Shown piece after piece: positions 35,489 through 46,750 of a DNA stretch of 64,000 nucleotides. The notes under the pieces are model-generated. The model was not told the DNA's origin and did no database searches. It was given only the letters and a program-made list of their open reading frames with translations. Origin of the DNA: Psilocybe cubensis (Eukaryota); NCBI GenBank assembly GCA_017499595.2, contig CM039006.1, positions 1,426,001 through 1,490,000 of the forward strand, given 5' to 3'. Every line of letters starts with the position of its first letter. Within the stretch, counting starts at the first letter, position 1. The position numbers and the translations under genes are program-made.

Positions 35489-36985
35489 ATGAAAAGTTTA
35501 TTTGCTCTAGTTCTCCTTGCTACCTCCTCTTTTGTCGCTGCAGGGCCTTGCGACATCTACGCCTCAGGTGGCACTCCATGTGTCGCTGCTCACAGTACGA
35601 CTCGCGCGCTTTTCAACAACTTCAGTGGCGCGCTTTACCAAGTAAGGCGCGGCTCTGACAATGCAACGACAAACATTTCACCATTATCCGCTGGAGGCGT
35701 CGCTAATGCTGCCACACAAGATGCCTTCTGCGCTTCAACAACTTGCCTCATCACCACCATATTCGACCAAACTGGACGCGGCAATCACCTTAACCAGGCC
35801 CCACCTGGCGGGTTTAGCGGTCCCGAACCCAATGGATTCGACAACCTCGCCAGCGCTACTGGTGCTCCAGTGACATTAGGCGGCCACAAGGCATATGGTG
35901 TCTTCATTTCTCCTGGCACTGGATACCGCAACAACGCTGCTAAAGGCACAGCCGTAGGCGACCAGGCTCAGGGCATGTATGCTGTCTTCGACGGGACCCA
36001 TTTCAATGGTGGCTGCTGTTTTGACTACGGCAACGCAGAGACAAGCAGTCGCGACACAGGCAATGGCCACATGGAGGCCATTTATTTCGGCAGTTCGACG
36101 ACCTGGGGAACTGGATCTGGCAGTGGTCCTTGGATCATGGCCGATCTAGAGAACGGTTTATTCTCTGGCGTCAATGTCCACCTCAACACTGGAGACCAGA
36201 CGATCAATGACCGCTTCGTCACTGCCGTCGTCAAAGGGGAGCCTGGTCACTGGGCCATTCGTGGGGGAAATGCTGTTTCAGGGTCGCTCGCAACGTTCTG
36301 GGACGGTTCGCGTCCCAGTGTTTCCGGATACAATCCCATGTCGAAAGAGGGAGCTATCATTCTCGGAATCGGTGGTGACAACAGTATCGGCGCACAAGGC
36401 ACATTCTACGAGGGAGTGATGACATCAGGATACCCTTCGGATGATACTGAGAACTCAGTGCAAGCCAACATTGTAGCTGCAGGTTATGCCACGGCTTCGT
36501 TGACCAGCGGCCCCGCTCTCACCGTTGGTTCCTCCATCTCCTTCCGGGCAACCACAGCCTGTTGTACGACGCGCTTCATCGCGCACACCGGCAGTGCCGT
36601 TAACACCCAAGTCGTCGACTCCTCAAGCAGTACCGCACTCAAGCAGCAGGCGAGCTGGACGGTACGCACCGGCCTGGGAAACAGCGCGTGCTTCTCGTTC
36701 GAGTCAAGAGACACCCCTGGAAGCTTCATCAGGCATGCCAACTTCGCCCTCGTTGTGAACGCTAACGACGGCAGCAAGCTGTTCTCCGAAGACGCAACTT
36801 TCTGCCCACAAGCAGGGCTCAATGGCCAAGGCAACACAATCAAATCTTGGAGCTTCCCCACACGCGCCTTCCGTCACTTCAACAACAATCTCTTCGTCGC
36901 CAGTAATGGCGGTGTTCATGACTTCGACTCCCCTACCCTGTACAATGACGATGTCAGTTTCGTAATCAGCGCCGGTTTTGCTTGA
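35489..36985 (+). CDS. abfB: Secreted alpha-L-arabinofuranosidase B (GH54 + CBM42), intronless
   Basis: Signal peptide MKSLFALVLLATSSFVAA, then GPCDIY..GGTPCVAAHSTTRAL, GCCFDYGNAET, GPWIMADLENGLF, KEGAIILGIGGDNS and a C-terminal AbfB domain. Confidence 0.96.
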   Translation: MKSLFALVLLATSSFVAAGPCDIYASGGTPCVAAHSTTRALFNNFSGALYQVRRGSDNATTNISPLSAGGVANAATQDAFCASTTCLITTIFDQTGRGNHLNQAPPGGFSGPEPNGFDNLASATGAPVTLGGHKAYGVFISPGTGYRNNAAKGTAVGDQAQGMYAVFDGTHFNGGCCFDYGNAETSSRDTGNGHMEAIYFGSSTTWGTGSGSGPWIMADLENGLFSGVNVHLNTGDQTINDRFVTAVVKGEPGHWAIRGGNAVSGSLATFWDGSRPSVSGYNPMSKEGAIILGIGGDNSIGAQGTFYEGVMTSGYPSDDTENSVQANIVAAGYATASLTSGPALTVGSSISFRATTACCTTRFIAHTGSAVNTQVVDSSSSTALKQQASWTVRTGLGNSACFSFESRDTPGSFIRHANFALVVNANDGSKLFSEDATFCPQAGLNGQGNTIKSWSFPTRAFRHFNNNLFVASNGGVHDFDSPTLYNDDVSFVISAGFA

Positions 36986-37257
36986 TCTTTAAAGGTTAGC
37001 TGGGTCGGGCACCCCCAAAAATGTACTTGATTGCATCCTTATATTTAGTTGTTGTAATATCAAGTATTATCTTGCATAAAATGTAACCAGTATTCCATTC
37101 AATACAAGCATTCCGTCAGCACTCCGAGTCGTTTTTGGACCAGGGGCAAGCAATTGACAGTCCGATTGATCTATCTTTCATCATTTATCTCACAGTTGTT
37201 GTACGATCTTTAACCTCTCCCCGCTGCTGCCTTGCTGGCAACTAACATTGTCTTCTA

Positions 37258-38538
37258 ATGGCCCGCACCATAGAGATATTACCACTGGAGATCATAGAAG
37301 ATATCATCGCTCTCTTGTCCGATTTCGATCGTTCTGTCTCGACAACACCTACATCCCTTCAGACATGCTCTCTGGTCTGCCACGCGTTCGTTCCTCTTTG
37401 TCAAAAGCACATCTTTCACTCTATTGTTTTGCATGATAGAGCCCCAAAATCCTCTTTTGTCAAGCTTATCAACAAAAATCCACGGATACTTGACTATGTT
37501 CACAATATTAAATACTTGGTAGAGCCTGAGGATTCTCATCTCGAAACCGGTTGTCCAACTTCCTTCGTCGACGTTCTTAAAAGCTTCACAAAGCTAACGA
37601 CAGTGATGGTATCTTTTCAATACTTCCCAAGGCAGGATTGGAACAATCTGTCCGATATAATGCGGACCGTCGTCCTTTCTATTATACATAAACCATCTGT
37701 CACCTCAGTCGGCTTGACAAACATAGACAACTTCGACCACACCACTTTGCTTCTATGCCCCAACGTCCAGGAGCTCAGACTTCGAAACGTCATGTGTACA
37801 CAGCCGGCCCCCTCTTCAACAAGCACGGCCGCATATACGCCAATCAAACCACGTCTGCTCGAAATAATGTCTTGCATAGAAATGTTAAATGTGCATTACG
37901 ACGTCGGAACAGCGATATTTGACCTTACAGAATTAAAACATATCGAACTTCAAGGCCGTGGTCCACTTGTTCCTGCAAAAAATATTCTAAAAACGGCCAA
38001 AGCACTCGAATCTGCCCTTGTCGAAATTAATTGTAGGTATTTCTTTGATAGCTGAGAAATATATGCTTACATATATATAACATTTTCAAGTTGCAAACGT
38101 GGATGACTCTGATGACTTGATCTCTCTATTGATAGGATCTTCCAAGACTCTGAAACGCTTAACTCTGGAACCAAATCATATTGGTCTGACCACAAATTAT
38201 TACGACCTCTTAACGAGGATGGGGGGGGGGGGGGGGGGGGGGGGGTACTAAAGAGATTATCTGGCCAAAATATTATCTCGACATTAAATATTGAACTCTA
38301 CGCCATTTTGGGGCCAGAACCAACTATCGGCGAAGAGTGGAATATTTTCGACCAAGTTCTTTTGACTCCCGGATGGTCGTCTCTTAGGGAGTTTAACCTA
38401 ACTATTGAAGATTCTCGAGGCGAAATAATCATGCGGGCATTGCGATCGCTTCCTCAAACTTATCTCCAAGGACTAGCAACTGGCAGCGAAACCGTCAATT
38501 TTAATTTCGAGGTCGTAGATATTTTCGAGGACTGGTAG
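37258..38538 (+). CDS. F-box-like protein; frame broken by a G25 run as sequenced
   Basis: LPLEIIEDII...LQTCSLVCHAFVPLCQKHIF; one intron at ~38033-38090; paralogous to the next gene (GQNIISTL in both). Confidence 0.78.
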
Positions 38539-38852
38539 TCCTATCCAAGGCACTAATTGTAACGTTCTCGCATTATGTTAAGTAAATTTTTAGTATTTGT
38601 TTAGCACTTCTCGAATCCAGTACCATTGCGCTAGGTTGCAAGGAGATTACAAGACCCTTTTGATTGGCTGGTTTCGGTTTGAGGCCCCGTGACTCGGTGG
38701 TATTAAATTTAGATTCAACCTCCGCGCGTTGAGCGTTTCAAGCGATGCACATTGATACGAAACTTGTTCCCAGCCAATTCTCACCCATCAGCACCAAAGC
38801 AGCACTGTGCCTCGCATTCTCTTCCTTTTATTGCCGTCAATAATTCACTGGC

Positions 38853-40209
38853 ATGTCCTCCATAATCAAAGTTCTACCTCTCGAGATCATATCCCTCATT
38901 ATCGAAGACCTGGGTAGCGATGAACACCCAAGTCAATCTCTCAAATCATGCGCTTTATCGTGCCAAACATTTCTTCCTCTTTGTCAAAAAGAACTGTTTC
39001 GGAAAATGTCGCTTCTAGACGACAGAACACGCTCGACGTTCGTGGAACTTGTTCGGCAGAGCCCCCGGCTAGCTCAACATGTAAGAGAGCTCGCCTATGC
39101 GCCAAAAGCAGAGGAGTGTGTAGACAGCTTAGATACAGACACCTCCATCTCGGCACTCCTCCACGTATTCAAAAAGCTGAGGCGCATTACAATCACATTT
39201 CCCGGTCCTCGCAGATCTTCATTTCAGGACTGGCAACAGTTATCCCCATCCTTGCGATCGACTCTTCTGTCACTTCTGCATCTCCCACTCATCACTTCCA
39301 TTCGCTTGAGGAATATCCGTAACTTCGATTACTTTGACCTTGTGCCATGTACTGGTCTCAGGGAGCTCGATTTGCACGAAGTTTTACCAGTGGAATTGGG
39401 TAATGCATATTCAATGCTTCGTTCGGCCCTCCCAGTCAAACCAATCCAGCTTCAAAGACTCAAACTAACCGACCAACACCCAAACGAAAAGAAGGTTGTG
39501 CCCTCTTTTACGGAAATTTCACGTATAGTGAAGTATAACCGCAATGATTCTGCATCAGTTCTGGATTTGGCTGGGCTGGTAGATGTGGCAATCACCCAAC
39601 TTGTCGATTTGGGAATCGCATCCAATATCATCAAGAGAAGCTGGTCTTTGAAAAGTGTTGTCCTTGGATTCTCATGTAGGCTGTGTATTTATTTACTCAA
39701 TGAAAGGATGTGCTAACCTTTTGAACCTTTTGTTTGAAGACAGACCGCAGAACATGCTACTCGTGGTACCGACTATATTCCCGTCTTTAAAGACTCTGAC
39801 ACATCTAAGTCTACAACCCAGACGTTATCATCGACTGAATGTCCCTAACCTGAATCGCATTTTATCATCTCTTTTCCAAGTCCTTCGATCTTTGGATGGC
39901 CAGAATATTATTTCTACGTTAAAAATCGACATCAACTTCATTGAGCCAACACGTTGGTGGCGCAGATACCTATGGCAAAATTTTGAGTTCATCCTCCTTG
40001 GAACAGGATGGCCATCGCTTATTTATTTTGGGTTGAAGTTAAACTTCAGTCACATTGGAGATTACTCTCATATTGTAAATGAGATGCACGGTCTCCCCAA
40101 AGTTTATCTGCCAAGAATGTTATCAAGTAATTCTGTGGAGTTTAACTTTTGTATTCAACGAAAGTGTGTATGTATTGAAACAAAAGGGGATGTTGGTAGC
40201 TCTTCCTAG
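38853..40209 (+). CDS. F-box-like protein, tandem paralogue of 37258-38538
   Basis: LPLEIISLII...LKSCALSCQTFLPLCQKELF; one intron at the equivalent position. Confidence 0.82.
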
Positions 40210-40420
40210 TACTAAGTAAAACATAACTAGGACTTATTAAACTTAAAGATCGCGGTCTTTAGCCAGTAGTAACACTTAACGATTCACCGAAATAAAGCAA
40301 CTGTATCGTTGCTGTGACAATCAGCCTGGTAAAATCCAGACAAATGACAGCACTATGAAAAAAAAAAACACCAGTAAATCATATTGATAAATTGAGGGCT
40401 TTACCGGAAGGCAGACACTT

Positions 40421-41691
40421 CTATGAGCACATCTCTGCTTGATAATAAGTCCAACCTACATTTGAAAACTCGTCAGATCTACAGACATTTGTGATCACGA
40501 TTAAAATATCACGACCTTTATTTTCAAGATAATTTGCCATAGCATCAAAGCCATGTCTTTTTATCTCTTTTCCTAACTGATCGAACAGTCCACGATCCAC
40601 GACGATAACGCCGAAGTCATGTAATGCGTGAATGGCATCCATACACCAGCGCTGAGAACTGAACTCCGTCGAAGCTTCTGTGGGTATATGAACGGACGTG
40701 AACATTGACACCAGGACGTCCTCCACAACATTCCTGTAATCGCCTAATATGCTGATATCAGCGAGGCGCACAATGGTGACGACTAGTGGTGAGGATGATA
40801 TCACGCCTTCCTTCTGAATATCGAATTTCCACGATCCTTTTAGATCAGGGTCTACGACGCGAAATGTAGTCCCAGCACTGCCCACCGGAGACACTGATGG
40901 ATCGGGAACAAAAAACGACCAGTTCCACAATGCCAGTTCACCACGGTAGGTAAGTACAATATACAACTGTTCTGGATCCAGGTCTTTAGGATAGGATGGG
41001 AATGATGTAGCTTGGACGACTGTCTTTACAGGTGTGATACCCATAGCTTGCTGATTACTAGCATTAAAAGATGTCAGAACTCCAGCTTTCCAACCTGTGA
41101 ACATATCACTATCAGCTCGATTTCATGATAATGACTTGAAATTAACAAAAAAAATCTACCTTTGCCCATACCGTGCCGGGATCTGAACCTGAACAGAGCG
41201 TCCATTTGGCAAGTCTTCATCTCTTTCTCTAACATGCCCGAGTCTTCGCATTGTACAACACCACAGTCGTCTAGGACACGAACAGCCTGCAAAAACCATG
41301 TTCTGGAATCAAAGTCTATCGTAGTTTTCCGAGGGATAGACACCGTCTTGAGTATCAATTGCAAAGTTTCAACGATAACTTGGTATTCGCCGAGAAATCC
41401 AACATTGGCGAGGCCCAGAATGGCGATAGGGATCGATGAGGTTAAAAACATTGTCACTTTTTCAGTCATGAACATCCATTTGTTGGCCGAGTACCTGTCT
41501 AGGAGAAAGAATACCGTGCCTGAAGTGCCTATTGGCAACACTGCAGGATTGGGCACGAAGAAAGCCCAGCTTCCTAGCCCGAATTCGTTTGCCAGTACAG
41601 CGTAGAGTTGCCCCGCTTCGAGCTCTTTGGAGCTACTAGTACACGTATGTGGCGTTTGTTGTTCTTGTGCGGTCCGGGGAGTGTCGGACAT
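40421..41691 (-). CDS. Hypothetical protein with an internally duplicated domain
   Basis: Two homologous halves (QLYAVL..WAFFVPNP..PIGTSGT / QLYIVL..WSFFVPDP..PVGSAGT) joined in frame by a GT-AG intron at ~41095-41159. Confidence 0.75.
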
Positions 41692-42751
41692 CTGTGTCGA
41701 TGATTGAAAATTCAAGATTGTAATCGTCCGTCCTTTAAGTAGGAGTCAGTGTGGAGATGACAGTGCAGCGCAATTTAATCACCGTTCCAAAAATTCTCAC
41801 AGGATACACATGTTTTGCGCCTCCGTGAGTTACAGATCCGAGTCGCTACCACCTTCCCAAAGGCTTGTGTATACACCTTTTTCTATATACAATGGTAGCA
41901 AAACTTAGGTGCCCTTCAAGTTATCTTCAATATTGCAGGCTACAAAAATAGAATAGAATAGCCACTGGATTTAGATTGCCCCCGCCCGTCTGTTGGCGTG
42001 CAAAGCACAACTATAGCTAGAAAAGTCATACCAGGTTTTCATCTAAATAGTGGATTAGGTTTCCATCTACACAGTGGTAAAAACAATTCCGCGTATGACT
42101 AGGAGGGACTTCTTCATTATGCAATTACTGTCGTACTCAGGTCGTTACTTGTCATCTCGCACAGCACCAGTTATATATATAAATAAAGAATCGTGTACCC
42201 AGCCTTCGCAGTTGAGACTTCAGGAGCGGTGTCATTAGATTGGGATATCAGACACACAACAAGACCATCAAACAACTCAAGAAACACAGATACGGAAATG
42301 GTCAGCGTCGCAACTACCTGGCTTGTATGCTTTGGGGAATATAGAAAACTGGATACGAGATCATCGAGGGATCAAGGTTGAATTGATGCTCGCACTGAAT
42401 GAAGGAACTGGAGGAGGCACTCTAAGAGATATTCTAGACCCAGGCTGGTTTAGTTCATCTTGAAATTGGAAGTAATTACTTCACCGATAGTTTTATCGTG
42501 AAGGACCAAACATTCCCAGAGATGCATCTTCATGCCACCCTCGGCCTGCTACAGGGATTCAACCGGATTGAAACCCATCCTTTGACTTCGGATAGCTGCA
42601 AACTTAAAGGCAGGAGTATCCGGCGGGTTCGAATTGTCAGTGAATATTATATATTAGAAAGCCTACAATGCAATGAAAGTGAGCATCTAAACGGGAAAAA
42701 GAGTAGAACGCCGAGAACATACGGTATAATGATAGCAAGTCGTCAACATAA

Positions 42752-43789
42752 CTATGTTTCTACTTTGACTGGTGTCTCAGCCTCGGCAGCTTCAATCTGC
42801 TGAGTTTGTCTGATTTTCCTGGAGACCATACGGACATCCTGGTGGAATGCCGCAGGTAGCCCACCCTTGACTCGCAGGAGTGGTAGCAAATGCGAATGGA
42901 ACACATTTAACGCTGCAGCAGCTCCCTATGTGACATATGAAAAAACATATTGCATGGAGATTAAATTACACACATGTTGCTGGTAGATTGCACCAATCAT
43001 AGCCTGAACGGCCTCCCCTTGAACCTTGTACAGCCCAGCCCCCCGAAGTGCTGTTGCATTCAAAGGAGAGAGGTCGTGCAGAGGAGCTGCTGGCTGCCAT
43101 ATCAACACTTTTCCAACACCCCATGCATGTCCGACGTGTTCCCCTAAAAGGTTGGTGTGAAGAGTGGTGGATATGATTTCTTCGGTGTTATGTGATGGCG
43201 TCAGGTTTGAACTTGATTCGAGGAAAAAAAGAAGATATGTCGAAAGCACACGGCGACCTTGGTGTATTAAGAGGTTTAAACTTCATTATAACTAGAGACT
43301 TTGAATGGGACACACCTATGAAGCTCAAACCAGCGTTATGGCCTCTCCTTGCCAAGGCATGACTGTTGTGAGTTAACACGCGTTGCGCCAGCTCGGGGGG
43401 AAATTGTAGAGGAGAAAATATTCGGTTCATATATTCCGCAAAATGAGGTGGCACCTGCGACTCTTGGGATTCTGCGCTCTTTGATGTTTGAGGTGCCTCG
43501 TTTGGGGACCGTGGGCCGTGCTGTCTCCAGAGTTTTGATGCGAATTTTACCGCTGGTATCCTCCGCGGTATCGAATTTGACTGTTTCCGTGAGGGATCTT
43601 GTTGTTCAACAGCAGCCTGGCCATAAGATCTCGTTCCTGCAAGTAACTCGTAAGGAACTGAGCGAAATTGGAAACAAACGCGAGTGCAGTACCGAGTGTC
43701 AACGCCCGGCCACATGCCAAAGACGAGCTAGAATGGGCGGAGGTCGCTACGCGTAGTGACGAACTCAAACATCGGGTTGCGCTGGACAT
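42752..43789 (-). CDS. MRPL15: Mitochondrial large-subunit ribosomal protein mL57 (RNase III-like)
   Basis: Presequence-like N-terminus; FPPELAQRVLTH.SH, HNAGLSFIGRRVL, LGEHVG..WG and GLYKVQGEAVQAMIGAIYQQHG. Confidence 0.8.
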
Positions 43790-44121
43790 GTTGGTAGAAA
43801 TGGGATACGGGACACTGGCGACGAACGACCTGCTGGAATTTCCAAGGACCGCAACAGCCCGCGACACGGAAAGGAAAAAATACCATGGTCACGTGGTGTT
43901 GTCTCTTTAGGGGAGGTTTGCTTATTCGGCCTTCAAGCCGGGCCACTCTATCTTTAACCGTTGTGTGCTCTCCCTTCTGTCAACGTACCATTATCCAGGT
44001 TTCTGAACTATTGACAGCAATCAGCACTGATATATCCGACTTGACACGCTACAATACTTATCGCGAGTACTCTCAGCGGCGCCTATTGCTTACATCTAAC
44101 CAGATCCTCAAGGTGGCTTCA

Positions 44122-44787
44122 CACTGCGGGCGCCGACTGCTGTAAGTTAAACATACAGCAGTAAACTTACATGTCTTATGTAAGTTTAGGTGTATGTTCA
44201 ACTTACAGCATATGTGTCGGGAAAACAAAAATTTAACAAAGACATATTGTGTTTGGTGGCTGTATGCCGACCAAACACAATTGCTGTAAGTAGACTGTAA
44301 ATAGAATAAACACCTAAATTACACAAATTGTGTTTGTCCGGTGTTAGTAAAACATACACATTTTCTGTAAGTAATACAAACAGCACTTACTGTAAGTAAA
44401 AATTACACACAAAGAAAACAATTTGTGTATGTTATACTTACACAAGTTTTTCAATTCATTTAATGGTGTAAGTCTGACATACACAAATAGTGTTCTTTGT
44501 ATGTAAATTTTACTTACAGCAAGTGCTGTTTGTGTCATTTACAGAAAATGTGTATGTTTTACTAACACCGGACAAACACAATTTGTGTAATTTAGGTGTT
44601 TATTTTATTTACAGTCTACTTACAGCAATTGTGTTTGGTCGGCATACAGCCACCAAACACAATATGTCTTTGTCGAGTGTTTGTTTTTCATACACGTGTG
44701 CTGTATGTTGAACTTACAGCGAAACTTACATAAGACATGTAAGTTTTCTGCTGTATGTTTAACTTACAGCGGTCGGCGCCCGCAGTG
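44122..44787. mobile_element. 666-bp foldback MITE with CACTG...CAGTG ends and 3-bp TSD (TCA); CACTA/EnSpm-like
   Basis: Arms 44122-44443 and 44466-44787 are near-perfect reverse complements around a ~22-bp spacer. TCA at 44119-44121 and 44788-44790. Confidence 0.95.
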
Positions 44788-45322
44788 TCATGTGGGCCCG
44801 ACATTGTGCTATTTTGCCGTGGAACATCTCGCTTGCTCTTGTGGATTCTCTATTTCAGACAAGATATCTACACAAGACCTGAACGCTGGATGCTTTACTC
44901 ACACTCCCCGCGCTGGACATGGCGATCGGCCAGTCAGATGCTTGGCGTTCGGAACTCGTCAAGAGCAGTGAGGAAGTGACTCTGAGAGGACAGAGTAATG
45001 TAACCGCTCACGGTAATGCTTACGTCGTCTTTTTATCTTACAGCGGCCTTTCTTGGATCTTCCTCTGATTTTTTCCATGCATATATTCCGTCAGAAATTT
45101 CTTATCCAACGGCACTTCTATTTAGGACACCTTTACCGAGGAATTGGACTTGTGTGCGGTACCCTAAAATTTCTCATGTTCTCGTGCATTTCCACTTTGA
45201 GGTCGATCATCTTCTGTCGTAGAAATATAAAAGCAGACTGGAGACACCTCAGTTCCACACTCCCTGTCCATTGCTCTTCCCACCTAGAACTCTGTTCGAA
45301 CCCCTGTCATCTCTGTTCAATT

Positions 45323-45946
45323 ATGTCTACATTGACCATTGGTTTATCACCTGCCCCCGGAACATTTCCATTCACGGCCAAGAACATCCCAATTTCATCA
45401 ACAAAGGTCATTTTAGGGTCCATTGAAGTAACAGAGCCAGGCAAAGCAGCGCGTATACCATCGACCAACAATGGCTGGTTCCCTCCTAAATCCACAGACT
45501 CAGTCACAGGGGTCTCTCCTCTCCCTCTGAGCTCATCCCACGCATACATCTGGTGCGACGGTGGAAAGGTGTGTGTTAAAATGTTGCTACCATTCGGGTT
45601 CGGCGCTCTCCTACATGCACACACACACATCCCCATCTTCCATTTCTCACGTATCTAATCTATATTCTTTCTCTTCTCAGGTCTATATCCGAGACTTGGA
45701 CTCTGCTTTCGGAACATTTGTCAATGGAATGAGAATATCAAACGACACTGTTCTCAAATCAGGCGACACCATCGTGCGTATTTCACCTTCCTGCACTCCG
45801 TTTCGCAAGTTACCCCGTCTGACATGCTCGCTCTCCAGAGCCTTGGTTCCCGGATTGTACGAAACGAGAAAACACCTGCATATATCACCGACCTTCACGT
45901 CAGCCCCATTATTGCAACTGTGTCGATAAAAGGTTCACGATCATAA
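45323..45946 (+). CDS. Small FHA-domain protein
   Basis: NGWF, LSSSHAYIW, VYIRDLDSAFGTFVNG, LKSGDTI and SLG; two introns. Confidence 0.8.
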
Positions 45947-46750
45947 TGAGAAGGAACGCTGTCAGAAAATTCTTAGAACTTTGTATTTCTATGTACTTTG
46001 TATTGTGGCGATGTACTATATTGGTTCAAATAGCATTTCATGGACTATTTCAAGCCCAACACAACACCTTGATATACATGGCGATATAATTAGGGGTCTC
46101 ATACACACGGCATGTTATTTTTGCATTGACATTTATTACCACCAAAGCCAGTCACTCATCGCTTGGTATGATATTTGCCCCAAATTCTATATGTACATTA
46201 AGACTGCAGCTATATTTACTTGTGAGCAACTATGCTTCGGCCATCTGCAAAGACCAGTCAATTTACTTGACTTGCATAACCCTGTTCACCCGGTACCGAA
46301 TACTCAGATAAAAGGAAGATCCGAGAGTTATAATAAAGCTCTAAGCTCTAATCGTCATTTGGAATCTATGAACTCCGCCGGTGGTTCATGGAAATTGGCA
46401 CGACAGGCAGACTCATGGAATTTATGTTAACGAATCCCGAATAGAATCTCAGGGCTACAGACACGACAGCACTGGGGTTTGAACGATTGTAGACAGGATA
46501 AACTCAATTCAACTGAGCGGCGTTCAAACCCAAATAATTTTCTCAATTACTCGGTACCGGCAATGTTTATTGTAGTTCTACTAAGCGTGTCCAGGCGACG
46601 TGCGAACTTTCTGATAGATTTGTGCCTGTACACAGTAATACTATACATGAATTACACACTGCACAGACCAAAGCCCAAACTAAGGACGATGTCTTTGAGC
46701 CATCATGGCTGGACAACCTCCCAGACCAGGAGCGTTAGCATAATACATAG

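Noticed and set aside
44198-44711. Mirror-image ORFs on both strands
   Set aside because: A consequence of the MITE palindrome; no coding signal.
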